DNA of 64,000 nt from assembly GCA_046704085.1 (NCBI GenBank), contig JBJKSJ010000251.1, forward strand, positions 12,983 through 76,982, given 5' to 3'. Source of the stretch: Ktedonobacterales bacterium. GTDB lineage: Bacteria; Chloroflexota; Ktedonobacteria; Ktedonobacterales; DATBGS01. The notes beneath the pieces are model-generated. The model saw only the letters and a list, made by a program, of their open reading frames with translations, searched no databases and had not been told where the DNA came from. Positions 9,651 to 19,871 of this stretch are shown here, piece by piece; the stretch's first letter is position 1, and every line of letters begins with the position of its first letter. Made by a program: the position numbers and the translations under genes.

Positions 9651-11477
9651 ATGGGATTAGATGCAGGAGCATCAAAGCAACGAACGCCGGAAGATTTGCT
9701 GGGGAGCGTGCTTGGAACGTGCAAGCTAGAGCGCATCCTGGGACGTGGGGGCATGGGTGTCGTCTATCTTGCCCAGCAATCGCGCCCACATCGTCAGGTC
9801 GCGGTGAAAGTGCTGCTGCTGTCGCTGATGCCTGATCCAGAGCGCCGCGCGCGCTTCTTGAAACGTTTTCGCCGAGAGGCTGATGCGGTTGCAGCTCTGG
9901 ATCATCCCAATATTTTGCCCATCTACGAATATGGCGAGCAGGCTGATCTGGCCTATCTGGTGATGCCTTACGTCAGTGGTGGAACACTGCGTAATCGTGT
10001 CGAGCGCAAGGGACAGCTCTCGCTGGCAGAAGTAGCAGGCTTTCTAGCACAGGTGGCGGCTGCATTGGATTATGCTCATGCGCGGGGGGTCATTCATCGG
10101 GATGTCAAGCCGCAAAATATGTTGCTCTATCCTGATAAGCGCCTGATGCTCAGCGATTTTGGGATTGCTAAAGTGGCCGTGCAAGCGGCAGCCGATGAGG
10201 ATGGGCCACTGGCGCCGCAGTTGACAACCCAGGGCCATGTGGTCGGCACCCCTGATTATATTGCGCCTGAACAGGCGATGGGCCAACCTGTAGACGCGCG
10301 GGCAGATATTTATAGCCTGGGAGTGGTTCTGTTCTATCTAGTAACAGGGCGTGTGCCTTTTATTGCGCCGCAGCCAATGACAGTGGCGGCGCTGCATGTG
10401 AGCGAGCCACCTCCAGCCCCACGCCAGTTTCGCCCAGACCTCCCCCCAGCGGCTGAGGCGGTGATTCTCAAGGCGCTGACGAAAGAGCCTGCCGGGCGCT
10501 ATCGAACAGCTGGCGATCTCTCGCGGGCCTTTCGCGCCGCGCTGCCCACACTCCCGGCGCCCGCGCCAGCGGTGGGCCGCCATCCTGCTGCTCCTAAAGC
10601 GACGGTTTCTCCGCCGATAGCGCCTCCACGAGCAAATCCTGCCGGAAGCGCATTACCGCCTCCTGCGTCTCCATTAGCCGCAGCGGGAAATAATCAGGGA
10701 AAGATATTCACTCGCCGACGCTGGCTGGCAATAGGCGCAACCTTGCTGATTATTATTCTGGCGGCTGGCGGAGTCTATGCTGCAACCAGGATTGGCAAAC
10801 AGCAGACGATAGGTGGTTCGACGGTGACGGCTCCTCCTATGAGGACGCCTATCCCAACGAGTACGTTTACGCCTACTCCTACAAATACGCCTACTCCCAC
10901 GCCTACCAGCACGCCCACGCTGCCAGTCTATACAGCAGAGCAGTTTGAGCCGCAACAGAGCGACCTACCTGCTGGAGCAGCCGAGAGTGGTCCTCAAACG
11001 GCGGTGACGGCAGATCAATTTCATCAGCTTTATCCTGCTGGGAGCCGGGTCGTCGATCCAACGCAAGGGGACTATCATTGGCAAAAAGACATCTTCATCG
11101 AGGTTGATCAAGGGAATAGCGTGTATCTGGAGATTGCTATCGATCAGTTCAACGCGACAGTCGATGCGCAGCACTATTTTCGGGATGTAGCTCCGCATAT
11201 CCAACCAGATGCCCAGCAGCACTCCATCGGGCAACAGGAGGAGAATGGCTACTGCTGTGATGGCAACCCCACTGCCTATAATGTCTTTTTCCAGGATCAA
11301 AATGTGACGGTGATTATTCAGGTGGTGCCGTCTAGTAATGTGTCTCAGGCGATGCAGGATGGGCTGAGTGTGGGGATGAAGATGGATCAGCGCGCTCATC
11401 AGCCGACTCAAACGGGTCTGGCTGATCGTCGGCTGGCTGACCAGCAGCATCGCCTGGTAGCATCGGCGTCTCTCTGA
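9651..11477 (+). CDS. Membrane-anchored Ser/Thr protein kinase with extracytoplasmic C-terminal domain
   Basis: Hanks motifs GRGGMGVVY, VAVK, HRDVKPQNML, SDFG, GTPDYIAPE. One TM (WLAIGATLLIIILAAGGVYA), a TPTPT linker, then a 200-aa unassigned ectodomain. Confidence 0.9.
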   Translation: MGLDAGASKQRTPEDLLGSVLGTCKLERILGRGGMGVVYLAQQSRPHRQVAVKVLLLSLMPDPERRARFLKRFRREADAVAALDHPNILPIYEYGEQADLAYLVMPYVSGGTLRNRVERKGQLSLAEVAGFLAQVAAALDYAHARGVIHRDVKPQNMLLYPDKRLMLSDFGIAKVAVQAAADEDGPLAPQLTTQGHVVGTPDYIAPEQAMGQPVDARADIYSLGVVLFYLVTGRVPFIAPQPMTVAALHVSEPPPAPRQFRPDLPPAAEAVILKALTKEPAGRYRTAGDLSRAFRAALPTLPAPAPAVGRHPAAPKATVSPPIAPPRANPAGSALPPPASPLAAAGNNQGKIFTRRRWLAIGATLLIIILAAGGVYAATRIGKQQTIGGSTVTAPPMRTPIPTSTFTPTPTNTPTPTPTSTPTLPVYTAEQFEPQQSDLPAGAAESGPQTAVTADQFHQLYPAGSRVVDPTQGDYHWQKDIFIEVDQGNSVYLEIAIDQFNATVDAQHYFRDVAPHIQPDAQQHSIGQQEENGYCCDGNPTAYNVFFQDQNVTVIIQVVPSSNVSQAMQDGLSVGMKMDQRAHQPTQTGLADRRLADQQHRLVASASL

Positions 11478-13158
11478 ATTGGTTGGCAGGTGCCTGAGCT
11501 TGCGGCATGGCTGCGACAGGTAATAGTGTGCTGGCAGGCATCGGTGCGCCTACTGGTAGCTTAGGCTGGGTAGACCACAAGAACCGTGTCAAAACCAGTG
11601 TTATCCCCACGAGCAAGGGCAATAATTGCCAGATGCCAGGGAGGCCAAAGAGTTCGCCCCAATTATTATCAAGCTGCGCGTGGGTAAACAGCGGCGCCTC
11701 CCTCCAGAAAGCGGACCAGAGTGTGGCAGCAGAGAGCGCAGGATGCTCTGGGTTGGGCTGGATGCCCAGCAGTAGGGGCAGCACCCGCTGAGTCAGAGGA
11801 GCATCAAAGCGTGGATCGTTAAGCGGAAAGACAGCGGTTGCCAGCGTGACGATGGCGATAGAGCAGCCAATCAAGATGGAGGCAACGCTTCTGACCCACC
11901 CCCGCTGCTGGAGGACTGGCGCGATGGGCATGATGAGAAACGGGAGCGCGGGGATAAAGTGACGTGGCCCCAGACTGTAGCCCCCGTCCCAGGCATAGTA
12001 AGAGATCACAAAAAGGAAATAAATAATCACGATGCTTAGCCAGAGCGTTGCCTCGCTGCGCCAGGCGCGCTGGCGGAAGAGCAGCACGAAGCCGGGGAAC
12101 GCGAGCAGCAGGAAAGGGGAAAGCAAGAACAACCCTCGATAGGGTCCAAACGTCGTTTGCAAGAGGGCGTCCAGATGGGGCGCCGTTATCCCCAGGAGTC
12201 CCTGCGATTGCCCAACCCGGAACGCTTCTGGGCCTGCCAGGTTGGCGTAACCCTGGTTGAAAGGACCACCAAAGCAGAGCGTATTATAAAGGGCAAGAAT
12301 TACGAGCGAGGGCAGTGATCCCAGGCCAAGAAGTACTATCGGGCGGAGACGGCGCGCATGGTAGATGGCGTAGATAGCCAGGCAGCCGACGATGAGGGCG
12401 GTGGGATACTCGGTAATGACGGCATAGCCTGCGAGAAGCCCAGCGGTGAGATAATGCCGCTCCGAGAGTGTGCCCTGCCGGATGCGAAATAAGAGATAGA
12501 ACGTGGCGAACAGCAGCAGAGCGACCATCTGGTGGCTGAAAAAGACTGTCGAGAAGGCAAAGGCAATCGTTCCCAGCCCGTAGCCAAGGGTTAATACGAG
12601 GCGCCCGCGAAGGCCAAGCCCCAGATAGGCCAGGAAACGAAACAGCAGGCCACCAAGCAGAGCAGAGGGCAGACCAACCAGCAAGAGAGTGATGAGGTAG
12701 CGCGCGAGAAAATCATTGCGGTTTTCATCAGACGTGCTGAGCAGTGAAAGGTAGGTAGTCTTTCCCTGGTAAAGAGCCAGTTTTACCAAAAGGTAGGCTG
12801 GAACTGCCAGGAGTGAACTTCCTGGAGCTTTATCGCTATAATAATGCCCGTTATAGGCGGCCTTATCTCCGGTATACTGTGCGTAGGGATCGATGTTCAG
12901 TTGGCCTCGGTCCACAATACTGGCGGTCAGAAAGATACGGGTATCGGGGTTCCACAAGGCTCCGCGTGGAATGAAGTAACAATAGGCCAGAAAAAGAATG
13001 AGGATCACGCTTCCGGCTCCGGCGCCTTGCCGTTTCCGGCGCTTTTGAGTCGAGGGGACCGTCTGCGTGGCAGTATGCTGCGCCATGTTTTGCTTCGTCC
13101 TGTGTTGTTCCTGGGCCATACTGGCGCGTAGTATAGGATAGACGGGCAACTGATGCAA
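11332..13158 (-). CDS. Polytopic membrane glycosyltransferase, GT-C fold (PMT_2/ArnT-like)
   Basis: More than 10 TM segments. Loop motif YYSDKAPGSSLL after TM1 is typical of GT-C enzymes. Low-complexity Pro/Ala/Asp tail. The start is ambiguous (M1, M14 or M25). Confidence 0.6.
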   Translation of the reverse strand: MHQLPVYPILRASMAQEQHRTKQNMAQHTATQTVPSTQKRRKRQGAGAGSVILILFLAYCYFIPRGALWNPDTRIFLTASIVDRGQLNIDPYAQYTGDKAAYNGHYYSDKAPGSSLLAVPAYLLVKLALYQGKTTYLSLLSTSDENRNDFLARYLITLLLVGLPSALLGGLLFRFLAYLGLGLRGRLVLTLGYGLGTIAFAFSTVFFSHQMVALLLFATFYLLFRIRQGTLSERHYLTAGLLAGYAVITEYPTALIVGCLAIYAIYHARRLRPIVLLGLGSLPSLVILALYNTLCFGGPFNQGYANLAGPEAFRVGQSQGLLGITAPHLDALLQTTFGPYRGLFLLSPFLLLAFPGFVLLFRQRAWRSEATLWLSIVIIYFLFVISYYAWDGGYSLGPRHFIPALPFLIMPIAPVLQQRGWVRSVASILIGCSIAIVTLATAVFPLNDPRFDAPLTQRVLPLLLGIQPNPEHPALSAATLWSAFWREAPLFTHAQLDNNWGELFGLPGIWQLLPLLVGITLVLTRFLWSTQPKLPVGAPMPASTLLPVAAMPQAQAPANQFRETPMLPGDAAGQPADDQPDPFESADERADPSSSPHSAHPASPETHY

Positions 13159-13360
13159 GCCAATAGGACTCTCTGACGATCTGTCTCTCTTCTCGATAAA
13201 CTCCCATGAGATAGCTCTTGCCAGACTCAGGAAGAGCGGCTATAATAGCATCCCGACTGGCGAACTCTCATGTGCTAGCTCACTTTGTCGGTAGGTGGAT
13301 CGAGGAGCGGCGGCGCGATGTAGGAGGGCGCTGGTGATTATTTGAGGAGGAGAATCAATC

Positions 13361-13786
13361 ATGGATTTCAATGGAAATCACGAGTTTGCATTTGGCAGGA
13401 GCAAAGTCTACGCGGCATTCTTTGACCCGAAGATCCTGACTGCTGCGATCCCAGGTTGTGAGAAGGCTGATTGGTCCGATCCGGAGACGTTGGAACTGGT
13501 GGTGGAGGTGAACATCCCTGGTATCAAGGGAACGTATTCGGGTCGCGTGATGGTAACAGATCAGCAAGAGCCAGCGCATTTTAAGCTGAGTGTTCAGCGA
13601 GCCTCCGTGCAGGCAAGCGCGACCATTGATCTCGCCGATGCAGGCGCCAAAACGAATCTGAGCTACAAGGGCGAAGCGAACCTCCTTGGGAAGCTTAAAG
13701 TTGCCGATAATATAGTGGGCGCCCAGGCTGTGAAAGTGCTGCTCGGCCAGTTTTTTAAGGGCATAGAAAAGCAAATCGCTGGTTAA
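13361..13786 (+). CDS. coxG: CoxG-like SRPBCC family protein (carbon monoxide dehydrogenase subunit G family)
   Basis: 141 aa. Pattern F.F....VY..F.DP..L...IPGCE...........V.V.IPGIKG.Y.G.V...D...P........A.G is typical of CoxG. Confidence 0.8.
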   Translation: MDFNGNHEFAFGRSKVYAAFFDPKILTAAIPGCEKADWSDPETLELVVEVNIPGIKGTYSGRVMVTDQQEPAHFKLSVQRASVQASATIDLADAGAKTNLSYKGEANLLGKLKVADNIVGAQAVKVLLGQFFKGIEKQIAG

Positions 13787-13807
13787 GCCCGCTCTTTGTC
13801 TCTGGCG

Positions 13808-13931
13808 CTGCCGGAGGCGAAGGATTGCCGCTCCGGCAGGAAATAGAGGAGGGAGAAGCGCCGATGCCCTCTATCTGGCGCTTCTCCTGGTATATTTAGA
13901 ATAGGACAGAGAGCTTGCAAAGCTCTTGTCC
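13808..13931. terminator. Three consecutive stem-loops between convergent genes
   Basis: CTGCCGGAG/CTCCGGCAG (13808-13839), GGAGAAGCGCC/GGCGCTTCTCC (13852-13887), GGACA-AGAGC/GCTCT-TGTCC (13904-13931). Confidence 0.5.
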
Positions 13932-14047
13932 AGATGACTGGCAGGCAAGGGTTCTTGATTCTCCCTTCGGCTTGACCGACACAAGAAGACTCCCCTGTCT
14001 GCTTCTTGGGTGTTCTTCTATGTCGGCCCTTTCCTGACACGCAAAGT

Positions 14048-15160
14048 TTAACCGCTCCCTTGCTTCTCCGTGAGCTTGTTGGAGATTGACTCGCTGAGAT
14101 GGCTCCGAATCGCTTCTCCAAGTTGATGGGTGGTTGATGAGCCCCCCAAATCGGGTGTCCTCACCTGCCCGGAGGCCAGTACTTCCTCAATGGCCAGCAA
14201 GAGGGTTGCCCCTGCCTCGCGCTCGCCCAGAAAGTCCAGCAGGAGTTGGCCCGACCAGATCGAGGCTATCGGATTAGCGATGCCTTTGCCTGCGATGTCA
14301 GGGGCCGAACCGTGAATGGCTTGAAAGAGGCTGGGATAGCGCCGCGTGGGATTGAGATTGGCACTAGGCGCCAGCCCTAGACTACCCGCCACGGACGCGC
14401 CCAGATCGGTGAGAATGTCTCCAAAGAGGTTGGAGGCCACGATCACATCGAGGCTCTCTGGCTGGGAGACCATTCGTGCCGCCAGGGAGTCGATGAGTTG
14501 CTGCTCGTGGGCGATGTCTGGATACTCGGTTGCTACCTGCTGGAACACCTCGTCCCAGAAGACCATCAAGTATTGCAGGCTATTGGATTTGGTGGCGCTC
14601 GTTAACCTGGTGCGCTGGTGCTGACGGGCATACTCAAAGGCATAGCGGATGATCCGCTCGGTGCCCGTGCGTGTAAAGACACTTGATTGAATTGCCACCT
14701 CCGCTGGCGTGCCTTGATGCAGGCGCCCGCCAATCCCAGCGTACTCGCCTTCGGTGTTCTCGCGGATGCAGATCATGTCGATCTCGCGCTGGCCTTTGCC
14801 CGAGAGAGGGCTCTGGACACCCGGCACCAGGCGCAGCGGGCGGAGATTGACGTATTGGTCGAAGCCCTGGCGGATGGGCAAAAGTAAGCCCCAGAGGGTG
14901 AGATGGTCTGGCACGCGCGGGTCGCCAACAGGGCCAAGCAGGATGCCGTCAAAGCCGCCACGTTCCAGTAGTGCCAGTCCATCTCTAGGCATCAGAGCGC
15001 CTTCCCGTAGATAGCGCTCAGTTCCCCAGTCAAACTGCTCGGTTTCCAGACGAAAGCCGCCATGCAGTTCAGCGAGAATCTCCAGAGTCTGAACGCTCTC
15101 TGGGATGACCTCTGGCCCGATGCCGTCGCCTGGAAGGACGGCGAGGTGATAGTGACGCAT
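14048..15160 (-). CDS. Tartrate dehydrogenase / 3-isopropylmalate dehydrogenase family oxidative decarboxylase
   Basis: LPGDGIGPEV N-terminus, IRENTEGEY, NLFGDILTDLGA, GSAPDIAGKGIANP. The N-terminal region FDWGTERYL resembles TtuC-type tartrate dehydrogenases. Confidence 0.85.
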   Translation of the reverse strand: MRHYHLAVLPGDGIGPEVIPESVQTLEILAELHGGFRLETEQFDWGTERYLREGALMPRDGLALLERGGFDGILLGPVGDPRVPDHLTLWGLLLPIRQGFDQYVNLRPLRLVPGVQSPLSGKGQREIDMICIRENTEGEYAGIGGRLHQGTPAEVAIQSSVFTRTGTERIIRYAFEYARQHQRTRLTSATKSNSLQYLMVFWDEVFQQVATEYPDIAHEQQLIDSLAARMVSQPESLDVIVASNLFGDILTDLGASVAGSLGLAPSANLNPTRRYPSLFQAIHGSAPDIAGKGIANPIASIWSGQLLLDFLGEREAGATLLLAIEEVLASGQVRTPDLGGSSTTHQLGEAIRSHLSESISNKLTEKQGSG

Positions 15161-15425
15161 GGTTCCTCGTGCCTTTCATGCAGGCTGACGAGTACGCACC
15201 TGTGATGCTGACTCTTGAAATCTCCGGTTGCTGGGGTGGAGGAGACAAGAGCAGAGTGGGTGGGTACTCATTATTCTAGCCGATCATCAGCAGTAATGCA
15301 TATGGTGGTCTATTGGTGCAACTTATCGTTACCACTTTGAGAGAGAAACAGGATCCGTCTGTTTTGTGGCGCACAAATAAGCTGATAGACTCAGTAGGGA
15401 GTGGATGAATTTGGCAGCCTCCCTT

Positions 15426-15983
15426 TCACTTTCTCCAGAGAGCCTCTGGCTCCCCGGCTCGACTGGCTGGCCTGCCTGAGCGCCAGCGGTGACAGTGACA
15501 GTTAGGTTGAAGATAGCCACCACACAGGTTGCTGAGGTCCCCTGGCAAATGCCTATTGCCCAGGAATTGCAGCCGCACTGCTCCGACCTGTTGGGCCGTG
15601 AAGCGCCAGACGCAGCTTTCGCCGAGGGCATCCAGGTAGCCAGCGGGCGTCTCCAGGGTCAACGCGGGCGCGACGGCCTGGGTGCGCAGTTGCCAGGTCC
15701 AGGGGCCATACAAAGCGATTTCCAGCGTCTGAGTCGGCTGCAAAGTCAGCGTCGTCGGCGCGATGGAGGGCGGGTTGTAGCATACCACCTGGGTGGGCGG
15801 AGACGGCCTGGTGACGTTGCTCGCTGAGGAGGGGCAGGTTGGGCCAACGGCGACTGGGCTGGGCTGGCGCGCCTGCATGAGCAAGGCGCCACCTGCACCG
15901 CCGACCACGAGGGCCAGCAGCAGCAGGAGGGATACGAGCCAGGGATGCACTCTGTCGCGATGCGACGTGGTGGTTTCTCGCAT
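15426..15983 (-). CDS. Secreted or membrane-anchored hypothetical protein, possible chagasin-like (I42) beta-sandwich
   Basis: Signal anchor WLVSLLLLLALVVGGAGGALL, a Pro/Ser linker, then CVWRFTAQQVGAVRLQF. The C-terminus is doubtful: a +1 frame after the C4 run at 15539-15542 reads TSATCVVAIFNLTVTVTAG, which looks more native. Confidence 0.4.
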   Translation of the reverse strand: MRETTTSHRDRVHPWLVSLLLLLALVVGGAGGALLMQARQPSPVAVGPTCPSSASNVTRPSPPTQVVCYNPPSIAPTTLTLQPTQTLEIALYGPWTWQLRTQAVAPALTLETPAGYLDALGESCVWRFTAQQVGAVRLQFLGNRHLPGDLSNLCGGYLQPNCHCHRWRSGRPASRAGEPEALWRK

Positions 15984-16455
15984 GGGCAGGCTCCTTTCAG
16001 ATGACAGGCGAGAGTTCGCAGATGCACCCCTTCTCAAGAAATCGCTCTACGCCCCCGCCTGGTTCCCATCAGGCGGTGAAAAAGCTCACACTCTGCGATG
16101 TGAGAACCCAGGATGGGGTTTTTGTACAGCCTCTCGCATTGATGTACAATAATGGGCGAGAACTCTATGTAGGCATAGCAGAGGATGAAAGTGCTGCTGG
16201 AGGAGATGAAGGAACCGCAAACGAGATCATCGGTTCACTGCCGTGATTGCAACACCATCCTGCGACGGAAACACTCTAAGTGCCGTGCGCCTAGAGCCTT
16301 CATGTGGTCAGCGGGAGCATGCTCTGGTCAACAGGTGCTGAAGCTAGCTGCGATTGACACCAACTGTTCTTGCCGCGCTTCACATTCTCCGGCATTGCAG
16401 GTGCACCATGCGGAAGGATGTCTTTGACAAGCTTCGTGAGTAGAGGAGCATTCTC

Positions 16456-17325
16456 ATGACGATAGCAACACAGCCCTTTGGTCGGACCAGCCATTTGAGT
16501 ACGTGTACCATCTTTGGCGCGGCTGCCCTGAGCCACGTCAACCAGGGGGAAGCTGATCGCACCTTCGACCTCCTCGTGCGCTATGGGGTGAACCATATTG
16601 ATGTGGCCGCCAGTTATGGCGACGCGGAGCTGCGTCTTGCGCCCTGGCTGGCGAAGCATCGCTCCCAGTTCTATGTGGCGACGAAGACTGGGAAGCGCAC
16701 GGCCAAGGAGGCGAGAGAGGAACTTGAGCGTTCTTTAGAGCGGATGAGGATCGACGCTATCGATCTCTGGCAACTGCACAATCTGGCGGACCCGATTGAC
16801 TGGGACACGGCGCTCAGCCCAGGGGGAGCGATTGAGGCAGCGGTCGAGGCAAAGCAGCAGGGGCTGATTCGGGCGATTGGTGTGACCGGGCATGGTCTCC
16901 AGATTGCTGCGACCCACCGACGCAGCCTGGAGCGATTTGACTTCGATGCCGTCCTTTTGCCGTACAACTTCCTCACGCTGCAAAATCCCTACTATGCGGC
17001 CAACTTCCAGGAGGTGCTTGCGACCTGTCAGCAGCGTCAGGTAGCTGTGCAGACGATCAAATCCATTGCCTACAAGCCCTGGATGGGCCGCCCACACACG
17101 CGGGCGGTCTGGTATGAGCCGTTAGAAGTCCAGGCGGATATTGACCTGGCGGTGCATTGGGTATTGAAGCAACCTGGCATTTTTCTCAACACCGTTGGGG
17201 ATATTCACCTGCTGCCACGAGTGCTTGAGGCTGCCAGCCGCTTCCAGGCAGAGGCTCCTGGTCCAACTGATGACGAGATGCGTGCCCTGGTTGCGCAGCG
17301 CGGGATGGAGCCCCTCTTTGTCTAG
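16456..17325 (+). CDS. Aldo/keto reductase
   Basis: FGAAAL...[52 protein letters not shown] family architecture. Confidence 0.85.
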   Translation: MTIATQPFGRTSHLSTCTIFGAAALSHVNQGEADRTFDLLVRYGVNHIDVAASYGDAELRLAPWLAKHRSQFYVATKTGKRTAKEAREELERSLERMRIDAIDLWQLHNLADPIDWDTALSPGGAIEAAVEAKQQGLIRAIGVTGHGLQIAATHRRSLERFDFDAVLLPYNFLTLQNPYYAANFQEVLATCQQRQVAVQTIKSIAYKPWMGRPHTRAVWYEPLEVQADIDLAVHWVLKQPGIFLNTVGDIHLLPRVLEAASRFQAEAPGPTDDEMRALVAQRGMEPLFV

Positions 17326-17512
17326 GTTGCTTGAGAACTGGAGGAACCTCTGCTATGCTGGCGATAGCACTGATGCTTGAGGGCCAGTAAGGTCTGAACT
17401 GGCCGCATGCAAAACGTTCGGTCACACAGGCGGAGGAACTGGGCTTCGCGGGATGATTGCGTTCAGTTCACTTGCCGCGAAGAGAACGACTCAACGACAG
17501 AGGAGCCTGAGG

Positions 17513-18700
17513 ATGCAGACCCAAGACTTACTGGCAAAACTGGTATCGATCAACTCAGCCTTTCCTGCGCCTCATCCTACCCCGGATCGGCCAGGAGAGC
17601 AGGCGCTTGGTGTCTTCGTCGAACAATGGCTCAAAGAGGCCGGGTTCGCCGTCCACCGGCAGGCTGTTGTTGGGGACCGCTTCAATGTGCTGGCCGAGAA
17701 AGGCCAGGGCACACAAGCACTCCTGTTTTCTGGGCATCTGGATACGGTTCCTGCTGCCAGCGGCTGGACCAGCGATCCGTGGGGACCGCGTGTGGAGGGC
17801 GACCGGCTCTATGGCCTGGGCAGTTGCGATATGAAAGGCGGGCTGTCTGCGCTCTTGCAGGCCGTGGAACACGTTGACCCACAGACGTACCGGCTCAAGC
17901 TCGCCTTTCTGGTGGATGAAGAGAATATCTCGCAGGGCGCTTATGCGCTGGTCCAATCGGGCTGGCTGCATGATGTGGTGGGGGTGCTAATTCCTGAAAT
18001 TGGCACATCGAGCGGCCAGCAGCTTGGTCCGCGCAGGATGACCCTGGGCCGCCAGGGGCGGGTAGATCTGGACATTCAGATTCGTGGCCGCTCGGCGCAT
18101 GCAGGCCAGGCCGAAGCGGGGGTCAGCGCCTTGCTGCGTGGCGCCGTGGTGGCCCTGGCCCTGGAGGAGCTGCCGCTGGCAGAGCATCCGCAACTGGGCC
18201 GCTCGCGTGCGACAATTCGGAGTTTTGTCTCCGAGGCCAAGGGACTCTCGATTCCAGACGTAGCGGAACTGCGGATTGATCGTCATCTGGTCCCCCCAGA
18301 AACCAGCGAAAGCGTCCGCCAAGAGGTCGAAGACCTGATTGAGCGTCTGTATCAAGAAGGGAAGTTAGCCTATGACACGGACTTCCCTACCACCGTGAGG
18401 GTGCCAGAGCGACTGACCCCTTACCTCAAGCCGTATGTAATCTCGCCGGCGAACCCGTTTGTTCAGTTAGTAGAGGAGATCATTCGGGAATACCTGGGGT
18501 CTGTGACCTACAATTATGCCTCCTCTGTGGCAGATGAAAATTATTATGGAGCGGACTTAGGGCTGCCCGTCATTGTCCTGGGTCCTGCTGGAGGGAATCA
18601 CCACGCGCCAGAGGAATGGGTCTGCCTGTCCAGCCTCGATGAACTGATTGCCATCTATCAGGAAGTCCTCGCTCGCTTCGAGCCCGCCAAGGAGAAATAA
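17513..18700 (+). CDS. M20 family metallopeptidase (ArgE/DapE/acetylornithine deacetylase-like)
   Basis: LLFSGHLDTVP, GLGSCDMKGG, FLVDEENISQG, dimerisation-domain block RGRSAHAG, C-terminal GPAGGNHHAPEEWV. Confidence 0.85.
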   Translation: MQTQDLLAKLVSINSAFPAPHPTPDRPGEQALGVFVEQWLKEAGFAVHRQAVVGDRFNVLAEKGQGTQALLFSGHLDTVPAASGWTSDPWGPRVEGDRLYGLGSCDMKGGLSALLQAVEHVDPQTYRLKLAFLVDEENISQGAYALVQSGWLHDVVGVLIPEIGTSSGQQLGPRRMTLGRQGRVDLDIQIRGRSAHAGQAEAGVSALLRGAVVALALEELPLAEHPQLGRSRATIRSFVSEAKGLSIPDVAELRIDRHLVPPETSESVRQEVEDLIERLYQEGKLAYDTDFPTTVRVPERLTPYLKPYVISPANPFVQLVEEIIREYLGSVTYNYASSVADENYYGADLGLPVIVLGPAGGNHHAPEEWVCLSSLDELIAIYQEVLARFEPAKEK

Positions 18701-18779
18701 GAGACGGCCTGGCGAGAAGGTGGAGGCTTCTCACCAGACCTTCTCTTCAACACACACAAGGGCAGCTTGGGGACCTTCC

Positions 18780-19833
18780 ACCTTCCTATTAGGGTTGGTT
18801 CTGGGGCAAGTCATCGCCGGGCCAATCAGTGACTTGTTTGGGCGTCGTCTTCCACTCTGCGTAGGGGGCGCCACCTATGCGCTAGCCTCCTTGTTCTGTG
18901 CAATCGTGCCTTCAGTGACCTTACTCATTCTGCTACGTTTCCTACAAGGTCTGGCCGGGGCAGCAGGCATCGTCATTGGGCGGGGCCATTGTGCGCGACC
19001 TGTAATCCGGACTGGCAGTAGCCCGATTCTTATCTCTGCTTATGGTTGTGAATGGCCTCGCGCCCATCCTTGCCCCCATTATTGTGGGCCAACTGCTTCG
19101 CTTCACCTCCTGGCGTGGCGTGTTCGTCACGCTCACTATCATAGGCATCGTGCTGCTCCTCGTCACTGCCTTCGGCCTGGGAGAATTACTGCCAGCAGAC
19201 CACCATCAGAAGGGCGGTATCCCGTCCATCTTGCCCACCTTCTGGCGGCTGCTCACTGATCGTTCTTTTGTTGGGTACGCGCTCGCTTGTGGCCTGGCCT
19301 TCGCTGCCGTGTTTGCCTTTATCTCCGGATCGGCCTTTGTACTGCAAGACATCTACGGCGTCTCGCCCCAACTCTTCAGCATCATGTTCGGTGTAAACGC
19401 ACTTGGTATCGTGATCACCAGCCAGGTCAACGGGCGACTGGTTGGACGTGTATCGCCATACCGTCTTCTTGCCATCGGCCTGACAGCCACAGCTTGTGGC
19501 GGAGCGGCACTGCTGGCTGTCGTCATAAGTGGTATCGGTCTGGTCGGTGTCCTGCCGTCGCTGTTTGTCGTTGTCGCCAGCATAAGTATCGTCTTGCCCA
19601 ACGCTACAACGCTGGCGCTTGTCAACTACGCCCGCACAGCGGGAAGCGCGTCCGACTTGCGTGGCGTGCTGCAATTCGTCATTGGAGTCTCCGCTGCGCC
19701 CCTCGTTGGCATCTGAAAAACCCACACAGCCTTACCGATGGGTATCGTCATCGCAGTGCTCGGTGTCTCTGCGCTGGCGGCATTTGTGGTGCTTGGCCGG
19801 GCACGCTCAGGCTGCAGCGACGGTGCCGTTTGA
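18780..19833 (+). pseudogene. Bcr/CflA-type MFS drug efflux transporter, degraded
   Basis: Homology starts in TM2 (TFLLGLVLGQVIAGPISDLFGRR), so about 45-55 N-terminal residues are missing. Frame break at the G4 run 18982-18985. In-frame TAA at 19003-19005 where RDLYSG is expected. In-frame TGA at 19714-19716, followed by TALPMGIVIAVLGVSALAAFVVL. Confidence 0.8.
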
Positions 19834-19871
19834 CCTCAAGGGGGAATAATGTTCATGAACATGCTAACGCT

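Noticed and set aside
10855-10925. Short tandem-like nucleotide repeats (ACGCCTACTCC variants)
   Set aside because: They encode the TPTPTNTPTPTPTSTPT linker of the Ser/Thr kinase, in frame. This is a coding low-complexity linker, not a CRISPR or VNTR-type element.
19287-19871. N-terminal 195 aa of the listed 273-aa ORF 19287-20108
   Set aside because: This part is an out-of-frame read of the MFS transporter remnant (Arg/Cys/His-rich). Only the last 78 codons, from the ATG at 19872, look like real membrane protein.
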